DNA from: Flectonema sp. DT1601
Taxonomy: Eukaryota
DNA: 64,000 nucleotides
Assembly: GCA_964019425.1 (NCBI GenBank)
Contig: OZ025799.1
Coordinates: forward strand, 1,116,001-1,180,000
Reading direction: 5' to 3'
The notes beneath the pieces were generated by a model. The model was not told the origin of the DNA and ran no database searches. It saw nothing but the letters and a program-made list of their open reading frames with translations. Positions 12,294 to 21,869 of the stretch are shown here, in pieces; within the stretch, counting starts at the first letter, position 1; each line of letters starts with the position of its first letter. Position numbers and translations under genes: made by a program.

Positions 12294-15200
12294 CTACGTG
12301 TCACCTACACAATTCCAAAGTCTCAGGTTGGATGCTTGTTCCATCCACCTGATCAACATCGCTACCGAAGGAAGCCAGCTGGTGGCAAAGATTGAGCCAA
12401 GACTGGCAGGAATGCCGTTGATGAGGATTAGATCACTTGATCGGTCCCATTTGCCTGTCAATGTAGAAAAGCCAAGGATTTCATATCTGGCTGCATCGAG
12501 TTTCTGTGATGGACAGCCTACGAGTAGGTGGAGTTGGTTGGATGGAGCGCTATGGCAGAATGGACATATGATGGCTTTCCGCCAGTTTTGCATCAGTGGA
12601 TGACACCCCGTTCTAAAATTCGCAATTCTGATTTCATCGCTCCTTTTCATGTCGGGAGGATATTTTATCGCGGCACCTTTGACGGTGTTTTTATAGCAAG
12701 TGTAACCAATTCTGTTCCAAATGTCCTTCGTGATCCCCCTCCTCACTCGGGATTTGTGATAGAAGAAGGATCCTCGGATTGGGATTTGAGGGAGGTATCT
12801 GTTGTGAGCCGATTTCTTAGCAAGCTCATCAACTTCGTCGTGTGCTTCTATCCCCATGTGAGAAGGGATGAATTGAAGATGTACTTTCATACCGCAGTTC
12901 CGTAGGTTCTCGAGGATGCCGAGGGATCTGGTGTTTCTCTGTTTACACCTGCCACCCTTCAACTCGTCCAACAATGATTTTGAGTCGGTATAGATTCTGA
13001 CTGACTTAGTTAGCCCGTCTTTCTGTACCTTCCAGTTTAAGTAGTTTGCCGCATTTTTCAAGGCATGTTGCTCAGTTCTGTAGCTGCAATCCGCACGCAC
13101 TAATCTGGTCGCATGAGCACGTTTCTTTCCGTCTCGTGACCTAGCAATGAGAGCCGCGCCTGACGCATTCAAAGAGTATGAACCGTCACAGTTGATCACC
13201 ATGTCCACCGGAGGAAGTGTCGCGTTGTAGGTAAGGAATTTCTCCCTGTCCACTGCGGGATCAGGGGATTTTGTAAAACCGCAGCTGTTGCTGATTTGAA
13301 CATTGTCCGAAGCAATCCAAGGTTTGATAGAGTCAGGTTGAACGATCCCCACACTTTCTAGTTGACCTTCAGAACGGGGAATGAGGCCACCCCAGAAGCT
13401 TCGAGGCGATGCGAGTGAGTTGGTGTCCGGCACCCAGGTCATGGCTTTGTACCTGAAATAGGCAATTTTAGTCTGCTTTTCGATTTGTCTTTTAAACGGT
13501 AAGATGTCGGCTTCCCAAAGGAGCAACTCCCTCGGAGTACATCTGCTGCATCCTGTTACGAGTCTCGCTATTTTTCTCATCTCGAAGTCGATAGCATCCG
13601 TTTTATGCTGGTTGAGCAACCAACCAAAGCTGTCCAGTGCATAGGAAATCCTCGCTGTCACGTACAAGTTTTTAACCATCTTTAGGGTCTTGTAGTCCAA
13701 TTCATATGGCTGGAGGCACTGCAGAAGGGAGATCCCTTTCTTCAGTTCGTCGTGTATTTTCTCTAACTGTTTATCAAACCTGAGCCTGTTATCAATGTAA
13801 ACACCCAGATATTTCACTGAGTCCGTGATCGGCAGTAGGAAGGCAATTTTAATTTTCGCTTTGACATTCATCTCGTCGTGGATGTTCAACATCAGTAAAT
13901 CTTCTAATTCTTGTTGAGTCCTGATGGGTTTCCCCTCTACTTCGAGGATCGTTTCACCACTCAGTAAAGTGGGCCTTGTCGTCGTCGTGATGATCACGCT
14001 GTCTAGATCAAAATAGTCAATATCTAACGAACGTACTTCCAGTGATTTTGAGAATAAGAGTTCGCGGTCGCTAGTATCAGTCAGGGTTACTTCTTTCGAT
14101 TGAATATCCATTTTCAGAGCGCAAGTCTTGGAGACTGAAAGTGCCATGTCATTATCACGGCACCACTTGTCAACGATGTCAAGTATTCGTTGAGCGTTTG
14201 AGATTGCTTCGTCCATGGTCGAGCCAAATACTGCACAAGCGGTGTCGTCTGCATACAGTGCGGTCAAAGTCGTTTCCTTCTCTTGTGAGAGAATCTTACA
14301 CAGATCGTCAACATATATTAAATAGAGTAGTGGGCCTAAGATTGATCCTTGAGGCACTCCTTTTGACAGCGTACGAAACTTACTGAAATGTCCATTTGCA
14401 TCAACTCTGACCTTCCTATTGGTTAGAAAGTCCGTTATCCATCGAACGATGAAGGTTGGGATGCCCATTCTTTGTAGTTTTGAAAGTAAAATTCGATGGT
14501 TAATCCTATCGAAGGCAGCTGTGAAATCGAATGACAAGAAGACTGACCTCCTCCCCTTCGTGTGGTTGTTTACCATGGCGTCCACCAGAATTGTGATTTG
14601 TTCGCAGGTATTTCTGCCCCGTCTGAAGCCAGCTTGAATCGGACTGAGTGCTGAGTTTTCGGTAAGCCAATGCATGAGCCTGTCGTACACCAACCTCTCA
14701 GCCAGTTTGCCAACAACCGAAGTGAGTGTGATTGGTCTGTAGCTTTTAATATCGTTCCGCGGTTTGCCCGACTTGAACATCGGTTTGATTAACCCCTGTT
14801 TCCAAAGATATGGAACATTGGAGGATCTCCACGAAGAATTGATCACCTTTAATAAACAGTCAACTGCCTTCTGAGATAAGTTCTTAAGCATTTCGTTGTG
14901 AATACCGTCAGGGCCTGCTGCTTTGCGAGGCTTCAGGTTTTTAATTGCTGCTGATATCTCGGTATCTGTGAAGTCACAACAGATGTCCAATTCCAAGTCT
15001 TCTTTCTCCAATGAAGGGGCTTCGAGTTTAGCAGCATCCCCATCGGCCACAAAGAGGTCCAGAAATGCTGCAGGTAAATCGTTCTCAGATATATTTGATA
15101 CGCTGATGTCCTTACCAGCGTCCTGTTGGAGTTCTTTAATCTTCTTGAAGGCGAAGTTAAAGTTGTTCCCCTTCTTCAGTTGGTCTTTCAGGTGACTGCC

Positions 15201-16274
15201 TTTTGATTTTAGAGATTCCGGTGAAGAGATCTTCCACTTACGTCGGCGCTTGCCCTTAAATAAGATTCTCCTCCGCACGTTCCTCGCAGCTACTTCATGT
15301 ATTATGTTATTTAATAATCCAACATTACCAGTGGCATCATCCGAGAACTTAGCCCTATCAATTCTTCTATCAAGTTGCTGTCTGAAAGCACTCCAGTTTG
15401 TAGATTTGAAATCCCAGACAGTTCGTTTCCTTGCTCCAACTGTTGCTTGAGAGAGGTGAGCCATTGTGTCGAAGATAGCGAGTAGAGGTCGATGATCCGA
15501 GTTATGTTTACTGTCTTCATTTATGATTGAAAATTCTTCTAATACAATTGATCCTTTGAAGAATATAACGTCAGGTGAGGTACCACCACCAGGAATGTCG
15601 TGTTTGGGCCGAGTTATTTGACCAGGTCTGTTTGCTACGAGAACGTCATTGCGATCCGCCCAATTAAATAATTCTTTACCAGATTTGGTTGTCCTGGTAG
15701 ACCAGACGAGGTTGTGTGCGTTGAAGTCGCCCGCAATAATAGACTTCGTTGTGATCGGAAGATCATCTTCTCTAATGATACACCCAGGGGGAGCGTAAAC
15801 GTTAATAACATTGACACCACCAACATTCAACATCATAGCTTCGATACCGCTTGTTCTCGAAAACAATTCTTCATCACTGATTCCTTGTGAGAAGCATCTC
15901 TTTGCCATTATTATAATGCCACCACCTTTTGTATTTCTGTCCTTCCTATATGTATAATAGCCAGGGTGCGAAATGTGTTCCTTCGACCAGGTTTCCTGTA
16001 AGCACAGTACATCCGGCGAGTAGTGAGAAAGGAGTCTTTGAATATAAGACCCCTTCTGACTTATCGATCTACAGTTCCAGCTCAACACTGAGAGTAACGA
16101 ATTTTCAGGTCCAGGGTTGCGTTCAACGTCGCCTGCCAGCAGTAATAAACTTCGGGTCAGTTCTTTTTCAGTTTGAGAGATAGTCGGTGCTGTTACAGTA
16201 GTCGGCTTCACCAGAACTTTACTATGATGTGCGTCATTTTTAGAATTTGAAGTTGACGGTGTTCGTTTGTCAAG
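12294..16274 (-). CDS. Copy A ORF2: 2A peptide, apurinic endonuclease, reverse transcriptase, RNase H, CCHC; no initiator AUG, in frame with ORF1
   Basis: LLLAGDVERNPGP; SWNCRS, LCLQETW, GDFNAH, SDHRPL (APE); KAAGPDG, YRPITLTS, QAGFR, GVPQGSILGP, YADD, KYLGV (RT); INCDGS, YTDSKS, FIPSH (RNase H); CPFC...HLLVGC. Confidence 0.93.
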   Translation of the reverse strand, partial: LDKRTPSTSNSKNDAHHSKVLVKPTTVTAPTISQTEKELTRSLLLLAGDVERNPGPENSLLSVLSWNCRSISQKGSYIQRLLSHYSPDVLCLQETWSKEHISHPGYYTYRKDRNTKGGGIIIMAKRCFSQGISDEELFSRTSGIEAMMLNVGGVNVINVYAPPGCIIREDDLPITTKSIIAGDFNAHNLVWSTRTTKSGKELFNWADRNDVLVANRPGQITRPKHDIPGGGTSPDVIFFKGSIVLEEFSIINEDSKHNSDHRPLLAIFDTMAHLSQATVGARKRTVWDFKSTNWSAFRQQLDRRIDRAKFSDDATGNVGLLNNIIHEVAARNVRRRILFKGKRRRKWKISSPESLKSKGSHLKDQLKKGNNFNFAFKKIKELQQDAGKDISVSNISENDLPAAFLDLFVADGDAAKLEAPSLEKEDLELDICCDFTDTEISAAIKNLKPRKAAGPDGIHNEMLKNLSQKAVDCLLKVINSSWRSSNVPYLWKQGLIKPMFKSGKPRNDIKSYRPITLTSVVGKLAERLVYDRLMHWLTENSALSPIQAGFRRGRNTCEQITILVDAMVNNHTKGRRSVFLSFDFTAAFDRINHRILLSKLQRMGIPTFIVRWITDFLTNRKVRVDANGHFSKFRTLSKGVPQGSILGPLLYLIYVDDLCKILSQEKETTLTALYADDTACAVFGSTMDEAISNAQRILDIVDKWCRDNDMALSVSKTCALKMDIQSKEVTLTDTSDRELLFSKSLEVRSLDIDYFDLDSVIITTTTRPTLLSGETILEVEGKPIRTQQELEDLLMLNIHDEMNVKAKIKIAFLLPITDSVKYLGVYIDNRLRFDKQLEKIHDELKKGISLLQCLQPYELDYKTLKMVKNLYVTARISYALDSFGWLLNQHKTDAIDFEMRKIARLVTGCSRCTPRELLLWEADILPFKRQIEKQTKIAYFRYKAMTWVPDTNSLASPRSFWGGLIPRSEGQLESVGIVQPDSIKPWIASDNVQISNSCGFTKSPDPAVDREKFLTYNATLPPVDMVINCDGSYSLNASGAALIARSRDGKKRAHATRLVRADCSYRTEQHALKNAANYLNWKVQKDGLTKSVRIYTDSKSLLDELKGGRCKQRNTRSLGILENLRNCGMKVHLQFIPSHMGIEAHDEVDELAKKSAHNRYLPQIPIRGSFFYHKSRVRRGITKDIWNRIGYTCYKNTVKGAAIKYPPDMKRSDEIRIANFRTGCHPLMQNWRKAIICPFCHSAPSNQLHLLVGCPSQKLDAARYEILGFSTLTGKWDRSSDLILINGIPASLGSIFATSWLPSVAMLIRWMEQASNLRLWNCVGDT

Positions 16275-17699
16275 TCAGTTTGAATTATCCATTTCCACAT
16301 CAGTCGTTTCAGTAGTATCGGTTGGTTCTTCAGCACAGTGTCGCTTCAGATCACCAGATATAACTGGACCCTTGCCCGGGTTGAAGGTCGGCCCCAATTT
16401 GACCGGCTTTTCTCTTTTAGTTTCCATGTTGATTACAAGGTACGCATCTTTACCCATGTCGACGAAGCTTGGTGATGGAACCGATTCAGAGATTGCAATT
16501 AACGTTTTGTTGCCTCCCTTATGAAAACTAGCCACAATTGTGTGACTCCACTTGTATGCGTGCAACAGGTGATCGCTGATCTGTTGCGTCGTGAACTTCT
16601 TAATAGCCAGTGATTTAATTATAAAACGCTGACCAGTCGGCAGTGCGGGTTTCAGAGAATCCCCGAGTGATTCTCTCACTTTTTGAGTAAACCCGGGTTG
16701 AACTTTCAGCCCAAAGCACTCTCGGAACTTCGTGATGTAGAAGCTACCTTTGATTGCTGAAAGAACTGAAAGTTTGCCCAGCACCGCTTTGAAGCCCAAG
16801 TCCTTAACGAACTGAACTGTGTTCCAAGAGTCTTGGCCATTAGACCAAGATGGGTTTCTGATGAATAGATCTCTCTTCTCACTGGAGGTGTCGCTGTTGT
16901 TGTATTCCAGAATTTCAGAAATTCTGAAGTTTGGCACACGGATCGCCATAGATGTGTGCATATCGCATTTTTTAAATCCGAAGGGCGATGTCTTCAGCTC
17001 CCACTTTTTAATTAATTCTTTCACCTTAGTGGTGAGAGTGCTCTCTGCTGATTTACTCCAGTCTTGTACGAATAGAACTGGGTCTGGCTGTGGTGGCTCG
17101 ATGGCGTCTTCTCTTGCGGCAGTGAAATCTTTGCCACAAATCGGGGTGACAAATACCCTACGAATGACGCAGGTTCCGCACTTCTTTACGACTGGAAGTG
17201 CGACTGGGACTGTTGTTTTAAACAGTTTAGACTTTGAGATGGCAGTCCAGTCGCCCTTCGTTCGTGTTTGCTTCAGTGCTTCATAATCAGCCTTTGAGCT
17301 GATGAGCACGAGTCCGTCCGCGTTGTTTTTGGAGGCATCGATTGCTTCTGAGAATTTAAGCGTAGGTGTTGCTTTAGCCCACGCTGCGTGAATGTACCAC
17401 TCTGGCAGAGTGGGTTTCTTGTTGTTGGTAGTTGGTGTCGGGCCTCCATCATTTCCATCCCTCACCGTGCTCGCCGCTTCCTGTCGTTGTCCCCCGGACT
17501 CCTTCCCCTTCCTCTCTTGCTCTGTCGTCTTTCTCTTTGACGACTCTCCTTGTTTCTCTCCGGAGTCCTCCGTCAGCTGCTCCAGCACTCTCATCGTGAG
17601 AGTCAAAACCCTCCTTCTCTTTTCTTCTCCTGCTAGTCCTTTCTCCACTTCTTGTACTAGCCGCATCACATCCAAAAGCAGCTCCTTACAACTGCTCAT
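16275..17699 (-). CDS. Copy A ORF1 protein (no recognised domain)
   Basis: Long open frame from ATG 17699; clearly homologous to copy B ORF1 (PEWxIHxAWA, TVPVALPVxKK, VLFxQDW, RNPSWSNG, VASFHKGG, LGPTxNPG). Confidence 0.85.
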   Translation of the reverse strand: MSSCKELLLDVMRLVQEVEKGLAGEEKRRRVLTLTMRVLEQLTEDSGEKQGESSKRKTTEQERKGKESGGQRQEAASTVRDGNDGGPTPTTNNKKPTLPEWYIHAAWAKATPTLKFSEAIDASKNNADGLVLISSKADYEALKQTRTKGDWTAISKSKLFKTTVPVALPVVKKCGTCVIRRVFVTPICGKDFTAAREDAIEPPQPDPVLFVQDWSKSAESTLTTKVKELIKKWELKTSPFGFKKCDMHTSMAIRVPNFRISEILEYNNSDTSSEKRDLFIRNPSWSNGQDSWNTVQFVKDLGFKAVLGKLSVLSAIKGSFYITKFRECFGLKVQPGFTQKVRESLGDSLKPALPTGQRFIIKSLAIKKFTTQQISDHLLHAYKWSHTIVASFHKGGNKTLIAISESVPSPSFVDMGKDAYLVINMETKREKPVKLGPTFNPGKGPVISGDLKRHCAEEPTDTTETTDVEMDNSN

Positions 17700-17763
17700 T
17701 ATAGTTTTATGTCTGTCAGAAAACCCGCACAAAATCGACTCTCACCAGGTAATGGTAGGAAAT

Positions 17764-17779
17764 CAATAAAGTACAGAAA
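17764..17779 (-). other. Spliced-leader 3'-end remnant at the 5' end of copy A
   Basis: Minus strand TTTCTGTACTTTATTG matches the diplonemid SL exon 3' end as I recall it (kinetoplastids: TTTCTGTACTATATTG); preceded by five extra TCTGTACT units. Confidence 0.8.
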
Positions 17780-18682
17780 GTACAGAAGTACAGAAGTACA
17801 GAAGTACAGAAGTACAGATTTCCTTTTTTCTTTCTGTCGTTCGAACGTAGATTTTCTTTCTTCTTCTCCTTCATTTTCCCACGGTACCCCAATCTTCCTG
17901 TCGCTTCATGGTTCCACGTGATCCTTTCTCCAGCTCCTTGGCTCCGATGATTTTGGTTCCTTTTTTCTATCCGATTCGCCAGCCACTATGTGCGCTTTAC
18001 TTCAAGGGTAGCATCATCATGTTGCTTATTGCCCCGAACCGCTACCACCCGCGTAGGTTTGCATTTCCAGGGGTCCCTCCGATAGGTCTCCCCCGTGATC
18101 CATTCTAGTGCCAGTTCTAATGCACGTAGTACGGGATCCTTTTCCTCTCGTGTGGCCTCATGCCACTTTTTTCCACTGCGCCTCCTACTCTCGCGCTCTC
18201 TCGTCCGTGCACAGCTTCTTCACCTTCCCAGCGTAGCACCTGCAGTGAGGTTTCACTCCATGTGCTGTACGTTCCACATGGGACCGCGTACCGCCGATCC
18301 CTGCGTGCCCTTTAACGTCTTGTCCGCTGGCTTGTACTCCGGGTCAGTGCCTGAGGAAAGCCTCCGCCCCCGCCTCCTCTCCATTATTGAAATCCTGGTA
18401 TACATCGCACGAGAGTCCCCTTTTTTCGGGGTGGCATAGAGCTTGAACTTGCTCTTCACTCGCGTCGCCAGTTTACTCCTTGTTGTGTCCGCCCGTATTG
18501 TGCTACGAGCTGCGTTCTTCTTCTCACACCGACCAAGCGACCTCCATGTTGCCTGTGGAACTTCACTCTGTACCGGTGACTTAACGATACCGTCGTAGAG
18601 TTTTTTACTACGTTTATACCGTTTAAAGGATAAATTCCTATGTTTGTGACCCTTTCCTATTTTAGTTTCACAGAGTAATATA

Positions 18683-19564
18683 ATGATGTGGTGTCTAATA
18701 TGCCTCCTACTGATTAGTGGTGTCACTGCGGGGGGTTCTGGTGTACCAGACTACTTTCCTTATGCTGTATATAGCCTTGTTTTAGGTGGAGATGACGCTG
18801 ATGCTTCAGCACCTGTGAAGCTGAAGATCGATCAATATTTTACGACGACTGATGCTAAAAGTTGCGAGAAAGCTTACATCAAAAACAAGCTTCTCACGAT
18901 TTTCTCTGCCGAAGAGTGCGTTAATGCCACAAGTAACATGGTAGAGGTTCACTTAGTCAATAGCACGGCCCTTCCTTATGGATGCAATTATTTTGCACAT
19001 CCGCTTATGAGTGACGGGCTTTCCGTGTTTTTCAATGAAAATAATGACACCAAAAAATATTGTAAACCAGAGCTTGCTGTTTGCATTTGTGAAGTTCACA
19101 CCCGAAGAGGAATTGAAGTTGGAAAGAGCTTCTTGCTGTTGATAGCGTCTCTTTTAGGTTCATTAGTCATTCTGTCTTGTATTATTTGGGTATTTTGTGT
19201 TAGAAAGACGAAGTACGAAAGAGACAAAGCAAAGAAATTACGAGACTCCATGGTTGAGCAAACAGGTGTTGGAGGGTTTGCGACATACCTCGCACTTCGA
19301 CCATTTGGTAAGGAAGGCAGTAGTCTCACATGGCGTTTTGGTGAGACGGAAGGTGACTACATGGAATCGATTAAGAGATCAACCTTTACAGTAATTCCTA
19401 AAAGGTATTACAATGATCCTGTTGATGGGTCAACTGTTGTTGTTAGAAGTAACAGTGCAGATGGTAACAGCAGCAGTGATGCAATGGATTTCAATAAGAA
19501 TGAAATCAACAGTGAAATCAACACTTCTTACAGAGCAATGAATGCAGATCCGATGGACGTATAA
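18683..19564 (+). CDS. Type I membrane protein of unknown function
   Basis: 293-aa ORF; N-terminal signal peptide, Cys-containing ectodomain, one TM helix (FLLLIASLLGSLVILSCIIWVFCV). Confidence 0.75.
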   Translation: MMWCLICLLLISGVTAGGSGVPDYFPYAVYSLVLGGDDADASAPVKLKIDQYFTTTDAKSCEKAYIKNKLLTIFSAEECVNATSNMVEVHLVNSTALPYGCNYFAHPLMSDGLSVFFNENNDTKKYCKPELAVCICEVHTRRGIEVGKSFLLLIASLLGSLVILSCIIWVFCVRKTKYERDKAKKLRDSMVEQTGVGGFATYLALRPFGKEGSSLTWRFGETEGDYMESIKRSTFTVIPKRYYNDPVDGSTVVVRSNSADGNSSSDAMDFNKNEINSEINTSYRAMNADPMDV

Positions 19565-20432
19565 CTGATCCCCATTCAAACTCACTTGATGATTACAACG
19601 GTATTAGCTTGCCGTAAGTTTAGTCAACAACTCTTGTTCCCTCTTGTTTCTCCGTAGCTTTATAATACATAAGACGCGAGTCGTCTTTTATCGGTAGTTC
19701 AATTCTATCAGTTTAAGAAAGAATAGAAGGATTTGGTTTGGTTATTTTGTTTTGTTTCTCACTAACCACATTGAACTGAAAAAGGTTGAAAAAAAGAGTC
19801 GATTTAGTTCACTGTAACGACTCTTATTTCAGTTTTTTAGCCAGGTTTAATCAGGTTTGAATTTATTAATTACATTACAACCTCATCAAGTTACCGTGTG
19901 AGGTTTATCCAAGAAAATTTTTATTTTTATTATTATTTAAACCCTTTATATTAGTTTTTTTTTTTTTTTTTTTGTAGTCCTGTCCAACGGAAGTTACCGT
20001 TGAGAAAGGGGAAAAAAAGAAAAAAAAAATCTTTTTTTTTTTTTTTTTTTTTACCTTGATTTGTTATGTTATCCACTGATTTATTGTCATAAGGCTGAGG
20101 TCCGCTAGTAGCTGGACTTGTTCTTCTTTTTTTTTTCTTTTCTTTGATTTCAGTGTTGATTATGTAAGAGTATTATTTACTCACAGGTGTTATGGTCCAA
20201 TCCCAATTTTGTCTTCAGGTATTTTCTTATTTAAGTTAATCAAAAGTTTTCCCCCATTCAGTAGTTACATGATACCGATTGTTGATTTTCTTATATTGCA
20301 ACCAGGTTTGGCCGAACCCTATTCTCGCTTTAGCCAGTTTCAAGTTGTTTTCTATTTAATATTAGTATCAAGTTACCCCCATTCAGTAGTTATATGTGAC
20401 AATACAATACAATATAAAAAAAAAAAAAAAAA

Positions 20433-21869
20433 ATGTCGAGTCAATTTAACAAAATAGCGATGCCGGTGTTAGTAATTCTGATTATGTTAGTTCTTATAGA
20501 TAGGAATAGTACAGGTCTATTTGGACAGCAACAGGCAAGTAGTACTCCGAGGTCTGTGATGTGGGCGAACACAATGGAGAGTTTAGGAGAAGTTCAAGAC
20601 CTGCTAATCGGTTTAGGATTCTCAGAGCATTTCACAATATTAAGAAATAACGGATACACTAATATTAATATTTTAGCGACTTCACAAGCAACAGCACCAT
20701 CTGGTGTTAAGAGATATCACTGGAAGACTATTTGCACTGAAGCTTACCGACAGACTCAATCCTCAGCTTTGCCTGCCTCAGCTGGACAAGATGGTGAATC
20801 GGAAATGTCAGCGACAAACTCACAGTTGCAAAAGACAATATGTCAATCATGGTCGAACACAGAGGGAATTCATGCTTTTATGAAAAAAACGAGAAAATTA
20901 ACTGCGGGAACATACGCAAACATAACAATACCTGCCTGTTCAGGTCCTAATAAACTTCCTCCGAGAGGTGTGTTGTATGGAGTCAATGAAGACGCGACTC
21001 AGATAACGACAACTGTTGGAAACAATGGAGGTTGGTATCCAAATACTGTTTCATTAAATCAAGTTAGAGATTTAAGAAGGAAGGGAGTCTTGCATCAGTT
21101 CGTGTTTGATCATGAATTGAAATTAGCGTTTTGTGGAATACCAAAAGCCGGGTTTACTCTAACTAAGGCGTGGATACTTCAGGCGGCAGACATGTGGGAT
21201 GTTTATAATGCGAGTGCGAAGGGGACGTTTTCTAATCAAAGAATTTCATCGGGGAAGTTTATGACCGATTCTGAGATTAAAAGTGTTCTAAACTCTGGTG
21301 AGTATTTCAAATTCACTGTCGTAAGAGATCCTTTCACAAGAGTGCTGGCATCTTTTCATGATAGGATATCAGAATGCCTACAAAAGAGCGGGTCATCAGA
21401 ATGTAAACAGTGGTACAAATCCCTCGGAGGTGTTAGTCGCTGGGCTATGATGGGAAGAATTGGGTTTCGAGACTACTTGGGATTACTTAAGAATTTAAAA
21501 AGTAAAATGAGTGATGTTGACATCACATTCTTAACAGGACATTGGCTTCCTCAAACATCTGTTTGTGCTCTCGATAAGATAGCATTCGATTATATTGGTC
21601 GGATGGAATCTGAAGATGTTGATCACCAATTGTTATATGATATTGTTGGTAAACAGGGAATGACTGCAAGACAGAGAAGGTCTTTAGATAAATCTCAAAA
21701 CACAAGAGCACACGTCCACCACTACGGTTCCGATTCCGAAGAAGTTCGTGACAACGTCAAAGCAGTGGCACAGATATTCGAAGAAGATATCCGACAACTT
21801 GGTTACGATGGCAAGTCTTTAGCGAACTATTTGGAAGCGGGTTCTGAGATAATTGACGACATTCAATAA
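20433..21869 (+). CDS. Type II membrane carbohydrate sulfotransferase (Sulfotransferase_2/CHST-like); start may be ATG 20460
   Basis: 5'-PSB motif FCGIPKAGFT, 3'-PB motif VRDPFTRVLASF, HWLPQ, FDYIGRME; N-terminal TM. Confidence 0.85.
   Translation: MSSQFNKIAMPVLVILIMLVLIDRNSTGLFGQQQASSTPRSVMWANTMESLGEVQDLLIGLGFSEHFTILRNNGYTNINILATSQATAPSGVKRYHWKTICTEAYRQTQSSALPASAGQDGESEMSATNSQLQKTICQSWSNTEGIHAFMKKTRKLTAGTYANITIPACSGPNKLPPRGVLYGVNEDATQITTTVGNNGGWYPNTVSLNQVRDLRRKGVLHQFVFDHELKLAFCGIPKAGFTLTKAWILQAADMWDVYNASAKGTFSNQRISSGKFMTDSEIKSVLNSGEYFKFTVVRDPFTRVLASFHDRISECLQKSGSSECKQWYKSLGGVSRWAMMGRIGFRDYLGLLKNLKSKMSDVDITFLTGHWLPQTSVCALDKIAFDYIGRMESEDVDHQLLYDIVGKQGMTARQRRSLDKSQNTRAHVHHYGSDSEEVRDNVKAVAQIFEEDIRQLGYDGKSLANYLEAGSEIIDDIQ

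Larger units (their letters stand above)
11829..17817 (-). mobile_element. Full-length non-LTR retrotransposon, copy A (Ingi/I-group-like domain set), inserted upstream of tRNA-Gln
   Basis: 3' poly(A) after ...GAGTGTAACC; TSD ATTTCCTTTTTTC(TTT) at 11816-11831 and 17818-17833; ORF1 plus APE-RT-RNase H-CCHC ORF2, both open. Confidence 0.93.

Noticed and set aside
16275..16277. Genome-wide stop-codon reassignment explaining the in-frame TGA and TAG
   Set aside because: Host genes here terminate with TGA, TAA and TAG and contain no internal stops
17700..17820. HDV-like ribozyme / 77-nt signature as in trypanosome L1Tc/ingi 5' ends
   Set aside because: The 5' UTRs are only ~60 nt, dissimilar between copies, and show no recognisable nested pseudoknot
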